A stretch of 62,274 nucleotides of DNA, filler included, from Chlamydiia bacterium (GTDB lineage: Bacteria; Chlamydiota; Chlamydiia; Chlamydiales; FEN-1388): the NCBI GenBank assembly GCA_903848235.1. It is 11 parts of 11 records of this genome, joined end to end, with 100 filler letters (N's around TTAATTAATTAA, not from the genome) between each part and the next. Parts side by side here need not be neighbours in the genome. Positions count along the whole stretch, not along the records: positions 4,329 to 11,212 come from CAINFV010000275.1; positions 11,313 to 24,027 come from CAINFV010000276.1; 9 more parts are not named here. One strand, 5' to 3'. The notes beneath the pieces are model-generated. The model saw only the letters and a list, made by a program, of their open reading frames with translations, ran no database searches and was not told the origin of the DNA. The first letter of the stretch is position 1. Each line of letters starts with the position of its first letter. A program made the position numbers and the translations under genes. This document shows positions 9,016-18,749 of the stretch, one piece after another.

Positions 9016-10499
9016 ATGTCGCTTGATGAGGCGTTAAAAAATGATCCTGATATAGGACACTTTGTGAAGTCGTTTTGTGAATCGGATAGTGTTACTAGGG
9101 AAAAATTTGTTGCAGAAATGAGCAGCCCGGCCGGAGCGTGTTTTACGATTTCAAAAAATGTTTCGATAAATATCCGGACATATTTAGACAGGTATTCCCT
9201 GAAGAGGCTGTTTCGCTCATGGAGTCGGTTTCTGAGGAACCGATGAGGAAAATAGCGAGGATGAGTGGCGAGGATTCCTTAGGCCTCGAGATTTCGAGGA
9301 CTGGTCAGAAAGTTCTCGAAGATCCAGGGATTGTACAAGAATTAGTCGGACATGGCGCGGACGTGTTAGGTAAAGTGGATCGAAGACAAAGAATACTAGC
9401 CGCTATGGCACATGCCGAAGAATTTCGGTATCTCGCCCCATATTTTGGGTTCGGAGAAATTCCTCTTGTGGTAGATCCTAAAACGGATGCCTCACTTGGT
9501 CTAGGCCCACAGCTAACGGAAGAGGAAAAAGAAGAGCAAGATGCTCAACTAGAGTCGATTGTGGATAAATTGTGGGACCTTAACATGCTCCTTCCGGAAA
9601 ACCTGCGCTCGCGCGAGGGTAGGGGATCGCCTCAAGACAGAAGCGGATTTTATGGTCTGGCGCAAAACCCCACATGGTTGGTGGGTTTTTTGCACAGGAT
9701 AATTGAGAACTCAATTTCTTCCATTATTTCCGGTGTAAATAAAAATCGTGGTTCTAATTTGGAACTACCCAGGTTGGAACATGAGTCGCCAGAGGGTTTT
9801 ACAGCCGTGCGGTGCGATTTACCCCTAGATAAACCCTGGATAGAACTTTCTCTTCTGGAAATGTTAAAACATACTAAGAAACTTGAGTCAATGGAGATTC
9901 GTTACCGCCAAGCCAACTTGAAAAAAAAACCGTGTATTGATTCTGATTTGCTTATGAGAATCGTTAGTCGTAACGAGGGACTCGAAGTCTTGAGTCTGCA
10001 AGGTCTTCGCTTGGGGAAGGTACTTGGGGGCTCAATAGGCATGCTGGGGCATCTAACGGACTTGGATTTAGTAGCTGTGGACGTAGAGAAACTTCCCGAT
10101 TCAATAGGCAGCCTGAAGCTTCTTAAGAATTTGGAGTTAAACAATTTATATTACTTAACGGAGCTTCCAGCTTCAATAGGCAATATGGAGAATCTTGAGC
10201 GCCTGAAGATCAGGGACGTATCCGCATTAACTGCACTTCCAGCTTCAATAGGCAACTTGAAGCTTCTTAAATACTTATCGGTACGCGGCTCAAAACTCTT
10301 AACTGCGCTTCCTGAATCAATAGGCAATCTGCAGCAGCTTGAGGAGTTGGACATATCTAACACAGCCGTAACAGAACTTCCAGACCTAAGTAGGTTGGGG
10401 AAGCTGCGCACACTGGACATACGCGGCCTCAACTTATCCGACGCCGCTCGAGCACAGGTTGAAGCTCTTCGTCAAAGAGGGGTCAAGATTGTGGGTTAA
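9016..10499 (+). CDS. Leucine-rich-repeat effector-like protein with an apparent frameshift near its 5' end
   Basis: C-terminal LPxSIGNLxxLxxL repeats in 9138-10499; the RBS-preceded ATG at 9016 is in another frame that stops at 9246. Confidence 0.75.
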
Positions 10500-11077
10500 A
10501 CGACATGTATTTTTTCGAGCTTTGACGCGTAGAGCCGTCGTGCAAACTCGTAGAGGTCGATGTCAGCCCAATTTCGCTTTTTGATCTGGTCGAGCAGTCG
10601 TTGTGAATACACTTCCCTCCGTTCGGTTGTCTGGAGGTGTGGCACGTTGTTTAATGGCGGCCATTTCATGAGAGAGTAAAACGCTTTTAAGCCATTATCG
10701 AGGTCTTCTGTGATGCCTACAAAAAAGAAACCATTTGCAAGGTTGACTTTTGCACTTTCTAGATGTTTCTGTATCGGAATTGTCGAGTCTTTCGGGTTAA
10801 GGCTTGAAAGAAAAAGACACTGATGGTTTTGCATTGTGAAAAGTGGATCTCCAGGAGGAAGGAAATGTTCATGATACAGATCTTCTTCGCGGTTCTGATA
10901 ACACTTTATCCAAAATCTATGCTCGCTGAGCACTCGTTCTACGGGATCACGTAAAAAGGTTATTCTCTTTGCTGCTTGGTTCTGAAATTGAAAATAAAAA
11001 AAGTGGCCTCGGAAAAACGTATATTGTTGTCTTTCTTCGGGAGTGAGTGCGTCTATCTCATAGTAAAAATCGCAAGG
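10496..11077 (-). pseudogene. Sulfotransferase-family gene, 5' part cut off by a mobile element
   Basis: FFRGHF, ITFLRDPVERVLS, FVGITE, NWADIDLY motifs; the N-terminal PAPS-binding motif is absent and replaced by IS-end sequence. Confidence 0.75.
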
Positions 11078-11212
11078 GCTAGTAACTGCTCGATAAAATA
11101 TGGACATATCTTGACAAATCCACCCATTTTGTCCAAGTTTTAACTGGCAAAAAATCATAATGCACATCTCCAGATCAAAGCATTTTTGTTTTTTCGTGCT
11201 ATAGTTCAAACA
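11078..11212 (+). mobile_element. IS607-like element end, variant A (runs into contig end)
   Basis: 11072-11212 is identical to 62134-62274 (141 bp) and colinear with the end upstream of the serine transposase at 43776-43912. Confidence 0.7.
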
Positions 11213-11312
11213 NNNNNNNNNNNNNNNNNNNNNNNNNNNNNNNNNNNNNNNNNNNNTTAATTAATTAANNNNNNNNNNNNNNNNNNNNNNNNNNNNNNNN
11301 NNNNNNNNNNNN

Positions 11313-13361
11313 CCGCGTTCTGAAGACAGATATGTAGACGGGCTTCTCCATGGCCTTTGCCGTACGTTGTACGAGAGTGGAGAGAAGGAAAGCGAGGCTA
11401 CGTATAGCCATGGGCTTTTAGAGGGCCGGAAATTTGCCTGGTGGCAGCAAGGTGCTGTTAAAGAGATGACCCATTGGACAAGTGGCTTTCTCCATGATGA
11501 GTCTGCCTCACTTCCTGCCGTGGTGACGTATAGTGAAGACGGCCATCTCTATGAGCGGCAGTCGTATATTGGAGGACAGCCCCATGGGTGGTATGTCTGT
11601 TTTTATCCAAATGGCGCAGAAGAGACCCGTGTTCGATATCGCTTTGGAAAGAAAGAAGGTGTTCAAAATCAATTTTCTGACTCTGGCGTGCACATAGGAC
11701 AACGTGAGTTTTTGCATGGGCAGCTGGTGAACCGATCCTTTCATATCCATCCCAATGGTCAGACAGCTATTTCAGGGCGTTATTCGAGTCCTGGATGCGG
11801 GATGATAGAAACGTTTGATACGCTGGGGCGAAGAGTCCTTCGATATAGTGTTCGAGATAGTGAGCTCGACGGAGATTATGAAGAGTGGTTTCCCAGTGGT
11901 CAGCTCAAACGCCAATGGCACTTAGAAAAGGGGGATTTTTCAGGGCCGCAGAAAGAATATTTTCCATCAGGGATCTGTGCTCTCCATGCAGAATATACTC
12001 ATGGCGATCGCCATGGCCTCCAAGAGTCATGGTATGAAACAGGGCAGCTGTCACAGCGAGGAGGCTATAACGAAGGCCTCAGAGATGGGCTTTTTGAAAG
12101 CTGGCATCTGAATGGCAAGAAGAAATATCAAGCGACGTTTTGCAAGGGAGTGCCAACAGGGAGCGAGCGCACATGGTATGAAAATGGCACGCCAAGCAGC
12201 GCTTGTTCATGGAATAGCGGAAAGCGCACGGCAAAAGCTTTTTCCTGGGATGCCGACGGCACGCTCATTGCCCAAGAAGAGTGGGATAATGGCTTCAGGG
12301 TAGGAGCGTGGACTGAATGGTCGTCTCAATCTACAAAGAGATCTGAATGCCACTATGTTAACGATCAGCTCGAAGGCTTAGAAGAGGTGTGGCATGAATC
12401 TGGCAAAAAAGCTCGCTCTGCGGTATGGAAAAATGGAAGTCTTGATGGCTCTGTACGTGAGTGGTATGACGATGGTTCTTTGTGCTTTGAAGGGAAGTTT
12501 GACCAAGGAAAGCCGGATGGCGTTGTCCGTCGTTTTTACCAACCTGGTGAGACAAACCACCAACTAGCCTCTGAAGAGCATTTTGACCATGGCTGTCACG
12601 AAGGTGAGCAGCGAGCATATTTTCCAAATGGCCAGATGAAAATGGTAGCTTTTTACCGTGCAGGACAGCTCGAAGGCCCTAAGAAGATGTTCGACGAAGC
12701 AGGAAATATCCGCTTTGTAGCCTCGTACAAAGCAGGACGCCTTGATGGCAAGGTTATTCACTACCGGTCTAATGGTATGGAAGAGGTTCAATATTTTCGT
12801 GATAATCATCCAGAAGGCCTCTGGCAGATCTTCTATTCTTCTCACCCTACATTTGGAAAAGTTAAAGCCTTAGAAGCTTCTTTTCGTGAAGGGCTCATAG
12901 AAGGCGAGCTTGTTGAGTATGATGAAGCGGGGACGAAAACCCTCTCTATCGTTTATAGCAAGGGAAAGCGCAGCGGCGTTGCAACCATGTACAGCCATGA
13001 TGGACGTGTTATCATGACGGCAGAGTACTACGAAGGGGCTCAGGAAGGCCCTATGCGCCGATATTGTTCAAATGGAGTTCTTTATAAAGAGTCGATCTAT
13101 CATTCCAACGTACAAGAGGGGGAGGAGCTTACCTATTTCCAAGATGGGAAGGTGGCAGGAAGGGCATTTTACGTGCAAGGAAGGCTCGACGGCACAATTC
13201 AAAATTGGAATGAAAAAGGGATCCTTATCTTTGAAGCTGAATATAAAAAGGGGCTTCGATCAGGAAAGTTTAACAAGTATAATGATGACGGCTCTCCACG
13301 ATTGCTGCAAAAATTCAATAACGACATCCTCGTATGCAAGCAGGCCTTTCCCGGGAAGTAA
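11313..13361 (+). CDS. MORN-variant/YwqK-like repeat protein (5' partial)
   Basis: Many Y/WxxGxxxGxxxxW/YxxNG repeats; frame open from the contig start. Confidence 0.85.
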   Translation, partial: PRSEDRYVDGLLHGLCRTLYESGEKESEATYSHGLLEGRKFAWWQQGAVKEMTHWTSGFLHDESASLPAVVTYSEDGHLYERQSYIGGQPHGWYVCFYPNGAEETRVRYRFGKKEGVQNQFSDSGVHIGQREFLHGQLVNRSFHIHPNGQTAISGRYSSPGCGMIETFDTLGRRVLRYSVRDSELDGDYEEWFPSGQLKRQWHLEKGDFSGPQKEYFPSGICALHAEYTHGDRHGLQESWYETGQLSQRGGYNEGLRDGLFESWHLNGKKKYQATFCKGVPTGSERTWYENGTPSSACSWNSGKRTAKAFSWDADGTLIAQEEWDNGFRVGAWTEWSSQSTKRSECHYVNDQLEGLEEVWHESGKKARSAVWKNGSLDGSVREWYDDGSLCFEGKFDQGKPDGVVRRFYQPGETNHQLASEEHFDHGCHEGEQRAYFPNGQMKMVAFYRAGQLEGPKKMFDEAGNIRFVASYKAGRLDGKVIHYRSNGMEEVQYFRDNHPEGLWQIFYSSHPTFGKVKALEASFREGLIEGELVEYDEAGTKTLSIVYSKGKRSGVATMYSHDGRVIMTAEYYEGAQEGPMRRYCSNGVLYKESIYHSNVQEGEELTYFQDGKVAGRAFYVQGRLDGTIQNWNEKGILIFEAEYKKGLRSGKFNKYNDDGSPRLLQKFNNDILVCKQAFPGK

Positions 13362-13395
13362 AGACTTGCTCTCAAACACGTTGAAACCGAAGTTT

Positions 13396-13965
13396 TCAGC
13401 GTGTTTTGGTGTCTATTTTTTCAAAATGCCACAGATCAGAATCTCCGCTCGTCCGATGTGAGATGAGCGGCAATGTCGACAGGGGGGGTGGGGTAAACGC
13501 TTTTTTCCGTGTTTCAAGGAATACAAAGGCGCCGGGCGTCATGGGAAGGAGCGTGTCTATTGTCTGCAAGAGTCCTTGAAGAGGCTCTATGATGCTATAT
13601 GGAGGGTCGATATAGACAAAGGAAAAAGGGGCTTGAGTTGAGAAAAGCGTGTGGAGAGCTTTGAAGACGTCGAAGGGCAGAATTTTGGTCACAGATGCTA
13701 GCTGCAGGCGAGATAGATTTTCTTTTAGAATATAGATCGCTTGACGGTTTTCTTCGACAAATGTGCAGTGGCTAGCCCCTCTGCTGATAGCTTCGATTCC
13801 CATAGCGCCGCTGCCGGCAAAAAGGTCAAGGGCATATCCCCCCTCGATCCCCCCTTGGCAGATATTAAAGACCTGGCCGCGAAGCTTCGATGAGGTAGGC
13901 CGTATCGTCCCAGATGATGGGATGATGATTTCTCGATTATGAAGGGTCCCAGCAAGAATTCTCAT
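13396..13965 (-). CDS. rsmD: 16S rRNA m2G966 methyltransferase
   Basis: MRILAG, RPTS, LDLFAGSGAMGIEAISRGA, YIDPPY. Confidence 0.93.
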   Translation of the reverse strand: MRILAGTLHNREIIIPSSGTIRPTSSKLRGQVFNICQGGIEGGYALDLFAGSGAMGIEAISRGASHCTFVEENRQAIYILKENLSRLQLASVTKILPFDVFKALHTLFSTQAPFSFVYIDPPYSIIEPLQGLLQTIDTLLPMTPGAFVFLETRKKAFTPPPLSTLPLISHRTSGDSDLWHFEKIDTKTR

Positions 13966-14954
13966 GATGTAATTGATATCGACTCAAAAAGTGGCTTATA
14001 GGCCCCATAATGACTGATGAGCTCTTCAGCAAGAAGAGGTTGAATTGGCTTGAGGCGTTCATAGACTTCAAGGCCATGAGCATTTTTTCCCTGACGAAAG
14101 TACAGTGTGCCAAGCCGTAAGAGTGCCTGATGGTCATCTGGGCAGAGATTGATAATCGCTTCGCACTCTTCGATCTCTTTGTCTGGCATTTCCAGTTCTC
14201 GGTAGCTGATGGCAAGCTGATCGTGAACCCACAGCTGGTCAGGGGCAAAGGAGCTTAATATGGTGAGCTCTTCGATAGCGCTGTTTGAGCTGGCTCTGCC
14301 TTTAGTCTCTAATATCAGTCGTATTCGAGGTGTGAGAAAGATGCCTGGCCATGTCATAAAGGGATTTGTCTTTATAGGCTCTAGATAATGGTTGGCAAGC
14401 ATCACATAGCAATTAGCGAGCGCTGCGTGGTATTGGAGGTTGGTAGGGGCTGTTTTAATACGGCTGATATGCTGATTGACTGCTGAGAGAAACAAAACTT
14501 CAGCTAGCGTATGAAGCGGCTGCCAGGCGACATAGGCGATTAGCTTGTTGCAGGGGATGATGAGAAATGACAGCCAGGAAGGCGCTGTTAGCAGATGAGT
14601 AGGAAGAGAGCGAATAGAAAGAGCGCAACGGGCGTACATCTCCCCTTGCTCTCCAGCGTCAAGATTCTCAGGGGCGAGTATTTCTTCAATGCGCTCCTTG
14701 GCGGCAAGAGCATGCCGTATAGTGCTTTCTCTGATATACATGTGGATGAGGTAGTAGAGAAATGACAAGAGGATGATGCAGGCTGTAGCAATAGCGACAA
14801 TGAAATCGGAGCCGAAGATAAAACTTGAAACACCGATGATAGCCATTAAGAAGAGCAACAGGATAAGGAGGCCCTGTGCTGCATATGCCTTTTTAACAGA
14901 GGCCGTGAATTGATTGATCGCGGGAAGAAAGCGCTCGATCGACAGGTTTCTCAT
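13962..14954 (-). CDS. Membrane-anchored TPR protein
   Basis: Two N-terminal TM helices; C-terminal TPR (ALLRLGTLYFRQG); stop overlaps the rsmD start. Confidence 0.7.
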   Translation of the reverse strand: MRNLSIERFLPAINQFTASVKKAYAAQGLLILLLFLMAIIGVSSFIFGSDFIVAIATACIILLSFLYYLIHMYIRESTIRHALAAKERIEEILAPENLDAGEQGEMYARCALSIRSLPTHLLTAPSWLSFLIIPCNKLIAYVAWQPLHTLAEVLFLSAVNQHISRIKTAPTNLQYHAALANCYVMLANHYLEPIKTNPFMTWPGIFLTPRIRLILETKGRASSNSAIEELTILSSFAPDQLWVHDQLAISYRELEMPDKEIEECEAIINLCPDDHQALLRLGTLYFRQGKNAHGLEVYERLKPIQPLLAEELISHYGAYKPLFESISITS

Positions 14955-15003
14955 GCGGTATGCATCCTCAATTTGAACATGAAGATATCACGTTCAAAAA
15001 TAC

Positions 15004-15930
15004 TTATGAAGAGACGACTTCAGCTACCAACGCAATGTCTTTCGCTTTGATCTCTTCGAAGTAAAAGATGAGAAGTCCAAAGAACACAATGGCAAGCGAG
15101 ACAAAAAACCAAATGTCGATCATCTCGCCATGGAAAATCCATCCGAACAGCGCCGTGAAGAGCGGCGTGGAAAGTCCGGCAAAGGCCATAAAGGTGGGCG
15201 AGAACTTTTTTAATAGGGATCCGTAGAGGTTGTAGCAGATGATGTTCGAGACGATAATGAGAAATACCGTGCTCTCGAGCCAGATATTGTAATTGCTAAT
15301 GGGAAGTGGATCCCATGTTTCTACGATGCTTGATTGAATAATGGCGAGCACTCCTCCGAAGAGCATGGAATACCCATTGGCAACGACTGGGGGGCAGTTA
15401 CTGCCATGGACAAGTTGTCGCAATAAAATCCATCCAAGGACAGAACAGACGACAGCGGCGACAACGGCGATCTCGGCTCCTGAAAGTCCCCATAAGGTGC
15501 CGGTCGTGAGCTCATGCTGACTTTGGTTGGCGAGGATGGGCCAGAGTCCAAGGAATCCAATTAGCAGCCCCATCCATTTTCTGAGAGAGAGCACATCCTT
15601 GAGAATCGCATACGACAGCAGGGCAGAGAGAAAAGGAGAGAGGCTGTAGATAAAGCAGGTCTTAAAAGAGGTTAGATATTTGAGTCCCCATAGCTCAAGA
15701 ACGTTGGTCAGATAAATGTTGAAAAAACCGAGGAGCATCACGCGGATTGCTGAATCTTTAGAAAGACGAAGAGACCCAGAAGAGCGGATGGCGGCATATC
15801 CGAGCATCAGTACTCCGGCTATCATCATTCGGCTGCCGACAAGGAAGAACGGAGAGGCGTAATCTAAGGCTCCTTTTGCCACGGTAAAGACGCTTGCAAA
15901 GAGAGCGTATAGAATGAAGACAAGCCACAT
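15004..15930 (-). CDS. DMT/EamA-family transporter
   Basis: About 10 TM helices, SPFFLVGSRMMIAG, two EamA halves. Confidence 0.88.
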   Translation of the reverse strand: MWLVFILYALFASVFTVAKGALDYASPFFLVGSRMMIAGVLMLGYAAIRSSGSLRLSKDSAIRVMLLGFFNIYLTNVLELWGLKYLTSFKTCFIYSLSPFLSALLSYAILKDVLSLRKWMGLLIGFLGLWPILANQSQHELTTGTLWGLSGAEIAVVAAVVCSVLGWILLRQLVHGSNCPPVVANGYSMLFGGVLAIIQSSIVETWDPLPISNYNIWLESTVFLIIVSNIICYNLYGSLLKKFSPTFMAFAGLSTPLFTALFGWIFHGEMIDIWFFVSLAIVFFGLLIFYFEEIKAKDIALVAEVVSS

Positions 15931-16171
15931 AGAAATCTCAAAAATACGTCATTAAAGATAGAAAAGAACGAAGATACAGCATCGAAACACAAAAATCCAT
16001 ACATTGATAACAAACAATATCAAAAAATGCCTATAAAGTCGAGGTCAAGTTGAATATTTCTGCAATTTTTGATATTGATTTTCCCTTTATGATTCCTTAA
16101 TTACCATCAGCGATAACTGCGACATCCCTTCATTGGGGAATATTATAAAAATTTGTTATGGAGATGTGATT

Positions 16172-16837
16172 ATGTCGACGATCATGGATCTAGGTAAATT
16201 GTCCTGTGGTGGTGCGTCATCAGAACTGTGCCACGAACTCGAACAAGGAAAGTTTGAACTACGAGCTTCTCACGATGAAGCTGTTGTCTACGGCAGCGAC
16301 GGCGCTCGTGTCTTCCGCGTCACCAATGATGGCATTGATCAAGGCGTTTTGAAAGCTCTCTTCGAGAAAAATGCAGCCCTCAAACAATGGGTCGGGGAAT
16401 GCAGAACCATTGCAAGGGAACGTTCTGGTAGCTGCGATGTTACGAAAGACTACGATGCTAGCTCTGTCCTCCTGCCTTTCGTCGGGGAAAATGGAAAGGT
16501 ACGAGTCAAAGTTGAAAAGCGTCATCAAAACGAAGCAGGAAAATACGAAAAACATGCGGCGTACACACCATTTGCCTCTGTGAACGATGCTCTTTATCGC
16601 ACATGCTGCATCGCCATGGAGCAGTTCAAAGGACCGAAGGTAGAAGAGAAAAAACTGGCATTAGTCCAGCTCGCTCCACAAGTTCGCTTTGATGAGAAGA
16701 GCAAGGCCCATGTAGCAACACCAGCCAAAGAAGTGGCAAAACAATGGTCGGATACAATCGTCTACAAAGAGCCAAAAGTAGATACGGTTGCTCCAAAAAG
16801 CGATAAACACCACAAGCATGACCATAAGCATAAATAA
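16172..16837 (+). CDS. hypothetical protein with His/Lys-rich tail
   Basis: GGAG RBS before the ATG; followed by a strong hairpin. Confidence 0.6.
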   Translation: MSTIMDLGKLSCGGASSELCHELEQGKFELRASHDEAVVYGSDGARVFRVTNDGIDQGVLKALFEKNAALKQWVGECRTIARERSGSCDVTKDYDASSVLLPFVGENGKVRVKVEKRHQNEAGKYEKHAAYTPFASVNDALYRTCCIAMEQFKGPKVEEKKLALVQLAPQVRFDEKSKAHVATPAKEVAKQWSDTIVYKEPKVDTVAPKSDKHHKHDHKHK

Positions 16838-16873
16838 GATGCATGTGTTTGTTGTGATGTCAGGTTGACTTTT

Positions 16874-16908
16874 TTGCACTCGCTGTCGTCATACGATAGC
16901 GAGTGCAA
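16874..16908 (+). terminator. Stem-loop, probable terminator
   Basis: TTGCACTCGCTGTCG-TCATA-CGATAGCGAGTGCAA. Confidence 0.55.
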
Positions 16909-16915
16909 GTTATCG

Positions 16916-16993
16916 TTAAAACCCAAGTTGCTTGCCTATTCGTTAGGGGCAACGAAGTTGAATCTAACGAATAGGCAAGCAACTTGGGGTTAA
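16916..16993. repeat. Palindromic element family C (short deletion form)
   Basis: Terminal IR ACCCAAGTTGCTTGCCTATTCGTTAG; internally deleted relative to 53969-54136. Confidence 0.85.
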
Positions 16994-17191
16994 AGCCCCT
17001 AAGCCGGGGTTAAAAGTGTGAGCTGTGTTTGCGAAGAACTCCACTGTTTGGCTACCATGGAAGCCCCAGGATTCATCGACAAAGGTGGTTTCTCGATGTT
17101 TCCTTGGCAGTACGGCTTGCAAAAGGCACTTGTGGTGCTTTGCAGAACACAAAAGTCCATATATAGTTTTCTTCTCTAAAGAGTTTTGAGC

Positions 17192-17881
17192 ATGCAAAAG
17201 CCGAAAATTCTGTTGATTGAAGATGAAGAAGATATCGCAGCTCTCATCAAGTTGCAGTCGGACATCTCCGGATATAAGCTCATTGTTGCTTATGACGGTC
17301 TCAATGGATACGAAGCTGTTGAAAAAGAACTTCCCGACTTAATTGTCCTTGATATCATGCTTCCAGGCCAAAGTGGGCTTGATGTCTGCAGGAAGATCAA
17401 GACAAACCAAAACCTTAACCATATACCGATTATCATCATCTCAGCGAAAAGCGAAGAGACAGATGTCGTCCTCGGGCTTGAACTCGGCGCGGATGACTAC
17501 GTCACCAAGCCCTTTTCGCCACGAGTTCTTTTCTCGCGTGTGAAAGCTGTTCTTCGACGGAATAATGAAGGAGAAAAGCCACTGCAGAGCATCTCCTTTG
17601 GAGATTTTACGATCGAACTCGAAAAATATCTCGTCAAAAAGCGAGATAAATCAATCCAGCTCACCCTTTCTGAATTTGGCATCCTCCGACGTCTTGTTTC
17701 AAATCGTGGGAAGGTGCTGACCAGAAATCAACTTCTCGATGACCTGCAAAGTGATGATGCTTTCGTCGTCGACCGCAATATCGATGTCCATGTTGCAGCA
17801 CTCCGTAAGAAACTCGGACCAAATTTCGAATTTATAGAAACGGTTCGTGGTGTAGGCTACCGCTTTCGCTCAGACGATTAG
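17192..17881 (+). CDS. OmpR/PhoB-family response regulator (no adjacent kinase)
   Basis: IEDE, LDIMLPG, GADDYVTKPF, DVHVAALRKKL, TVRGVGYRF. Confidence 0.95.
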   Translation: MQKPKILLIEDEEDIAALIKLQSDISGYKLIVAYDGLNGYEAVEKELPDLIVLDIMLPGQSGLDVCRKIKTNQNLNHIPIIIISAKSEETDVVLGLELGADDYVTKPFSPRVLFSRVKAVLRRNNEGEKPLQSISFGDFTIELEKYLVKKRDKSIQLTLSEFGILRRLVSNRGKVLTRNQLLDDLQSDDAFVVDRNIDVHVAALRKKLGPNFEFIETVRGVGYRFRSDD

Positions 17882-17916
17882 GAGTCGAGCTTGGCCCATA
17901 TTTTACACTTCCTATC

Positions 17917-18705
17917 CTACGATTTTATGCGCGAAGGACCAAACTCATGACGCGTGCGGATCGATGTGAAGGGAAGTGTTTTGAGATTCTCAAGTTCTGG
18001 GCCAAAATAGGCCCAACTTAAGCTGGGAGACAACTCCTGAGAGCCACGCCGTAACCTAGAGACAATGATAGATGTGTTGTCCGGAGAAAACGCGACCTGG
18101 AATTCGATAGACAGCATGACTTTAAAAGGCCAGATATCGGGCTCAGGTTTTGACGCCATGATGACAAACGAGGAGCCAGAGATCTTCGGGATGATGGCGA
18201 CAGATTTGAGCTCTTCCACCTTAATCTTGGAGTGGTTGACTAGAAAGGCAATCAGTGCTTGCGGCGTGATTTCCTGAAGGAGGGTTGGAATATCTTGCTC
18301 TCTGTTTTCTTGGACAGCGCGTTTGAGGGAGTGTTCTAGCTGAAGGTATTGCGAATACCAATAGTGAGGGTTGTTAAGATACTGCTGTCTGGCAATGGAG
18401 TAGAGCTGTCTGTCTTTCCGAACGTCACGAGGGACGTCGAACAGGTCAGAGGTTGCAACCCACAGAATAAGAATGGATAACACAAAGCTTAAGAGTAGAA
18501 AAAAGGTCTTCCATCTGACAAGAGACAGGCAGGTTGCTGTTCGAGAGCTCTGTGGTGTTGCAGATAAAGAGCAGCTGCATTTTTCGGCTTGAGACTTGGC
18601 CTCGATCTTTTCTTCTGCACTGACAAAACTACCCACTGTTTCAACCCTTTTTATAAGGAGGATGGTCGAAGTCCATATACGATACTGAGAATTTTTTTTC
18701 AACAA
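17917..18705 (-). CDS. hypothetical single-TM protein
   Basis: 262-aa ORF with one hydrophobic helix; start uncertain. Confidence 0.55.
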   Translation of the reverse strand: MLKKNSQYRIWTSTILLIKRVETVGSFVSAEEKIEAKSQAEKCSCSLSATPQSSRTATCLSLVRWKTFFLLLSFVLSILILWVATSDLFDVPRDVRKDRQLYSIARQQYLNNPHYWYSQYLQLEHSLKRAVQENREQDIPTLLQEITPQALIAFLVNHSKIKVEELKSVAIIPKISGSSFVIMASKPEPDIWPFKVMLSIEFQVAFSPDNTSIIVSRLRRGSQELSPSLSWAYFGPELENLKTLPFTSIRTRHEFGPSRIKS

Positions 18706-18749
18706 CTTACCAGTTTAAAACCCGGATTTAAAGAGAATCTTTCTAATCA

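Noticed and set aside
11078..11209. Identical N-terminus MNYSTKKQKC... in ORFs 10496-11209 and 62083-62271, suggesting a shared-leader or shufflon system
   Set aside because: It is the antisense translation of the IS end, and it joins the downstream genes in different frames
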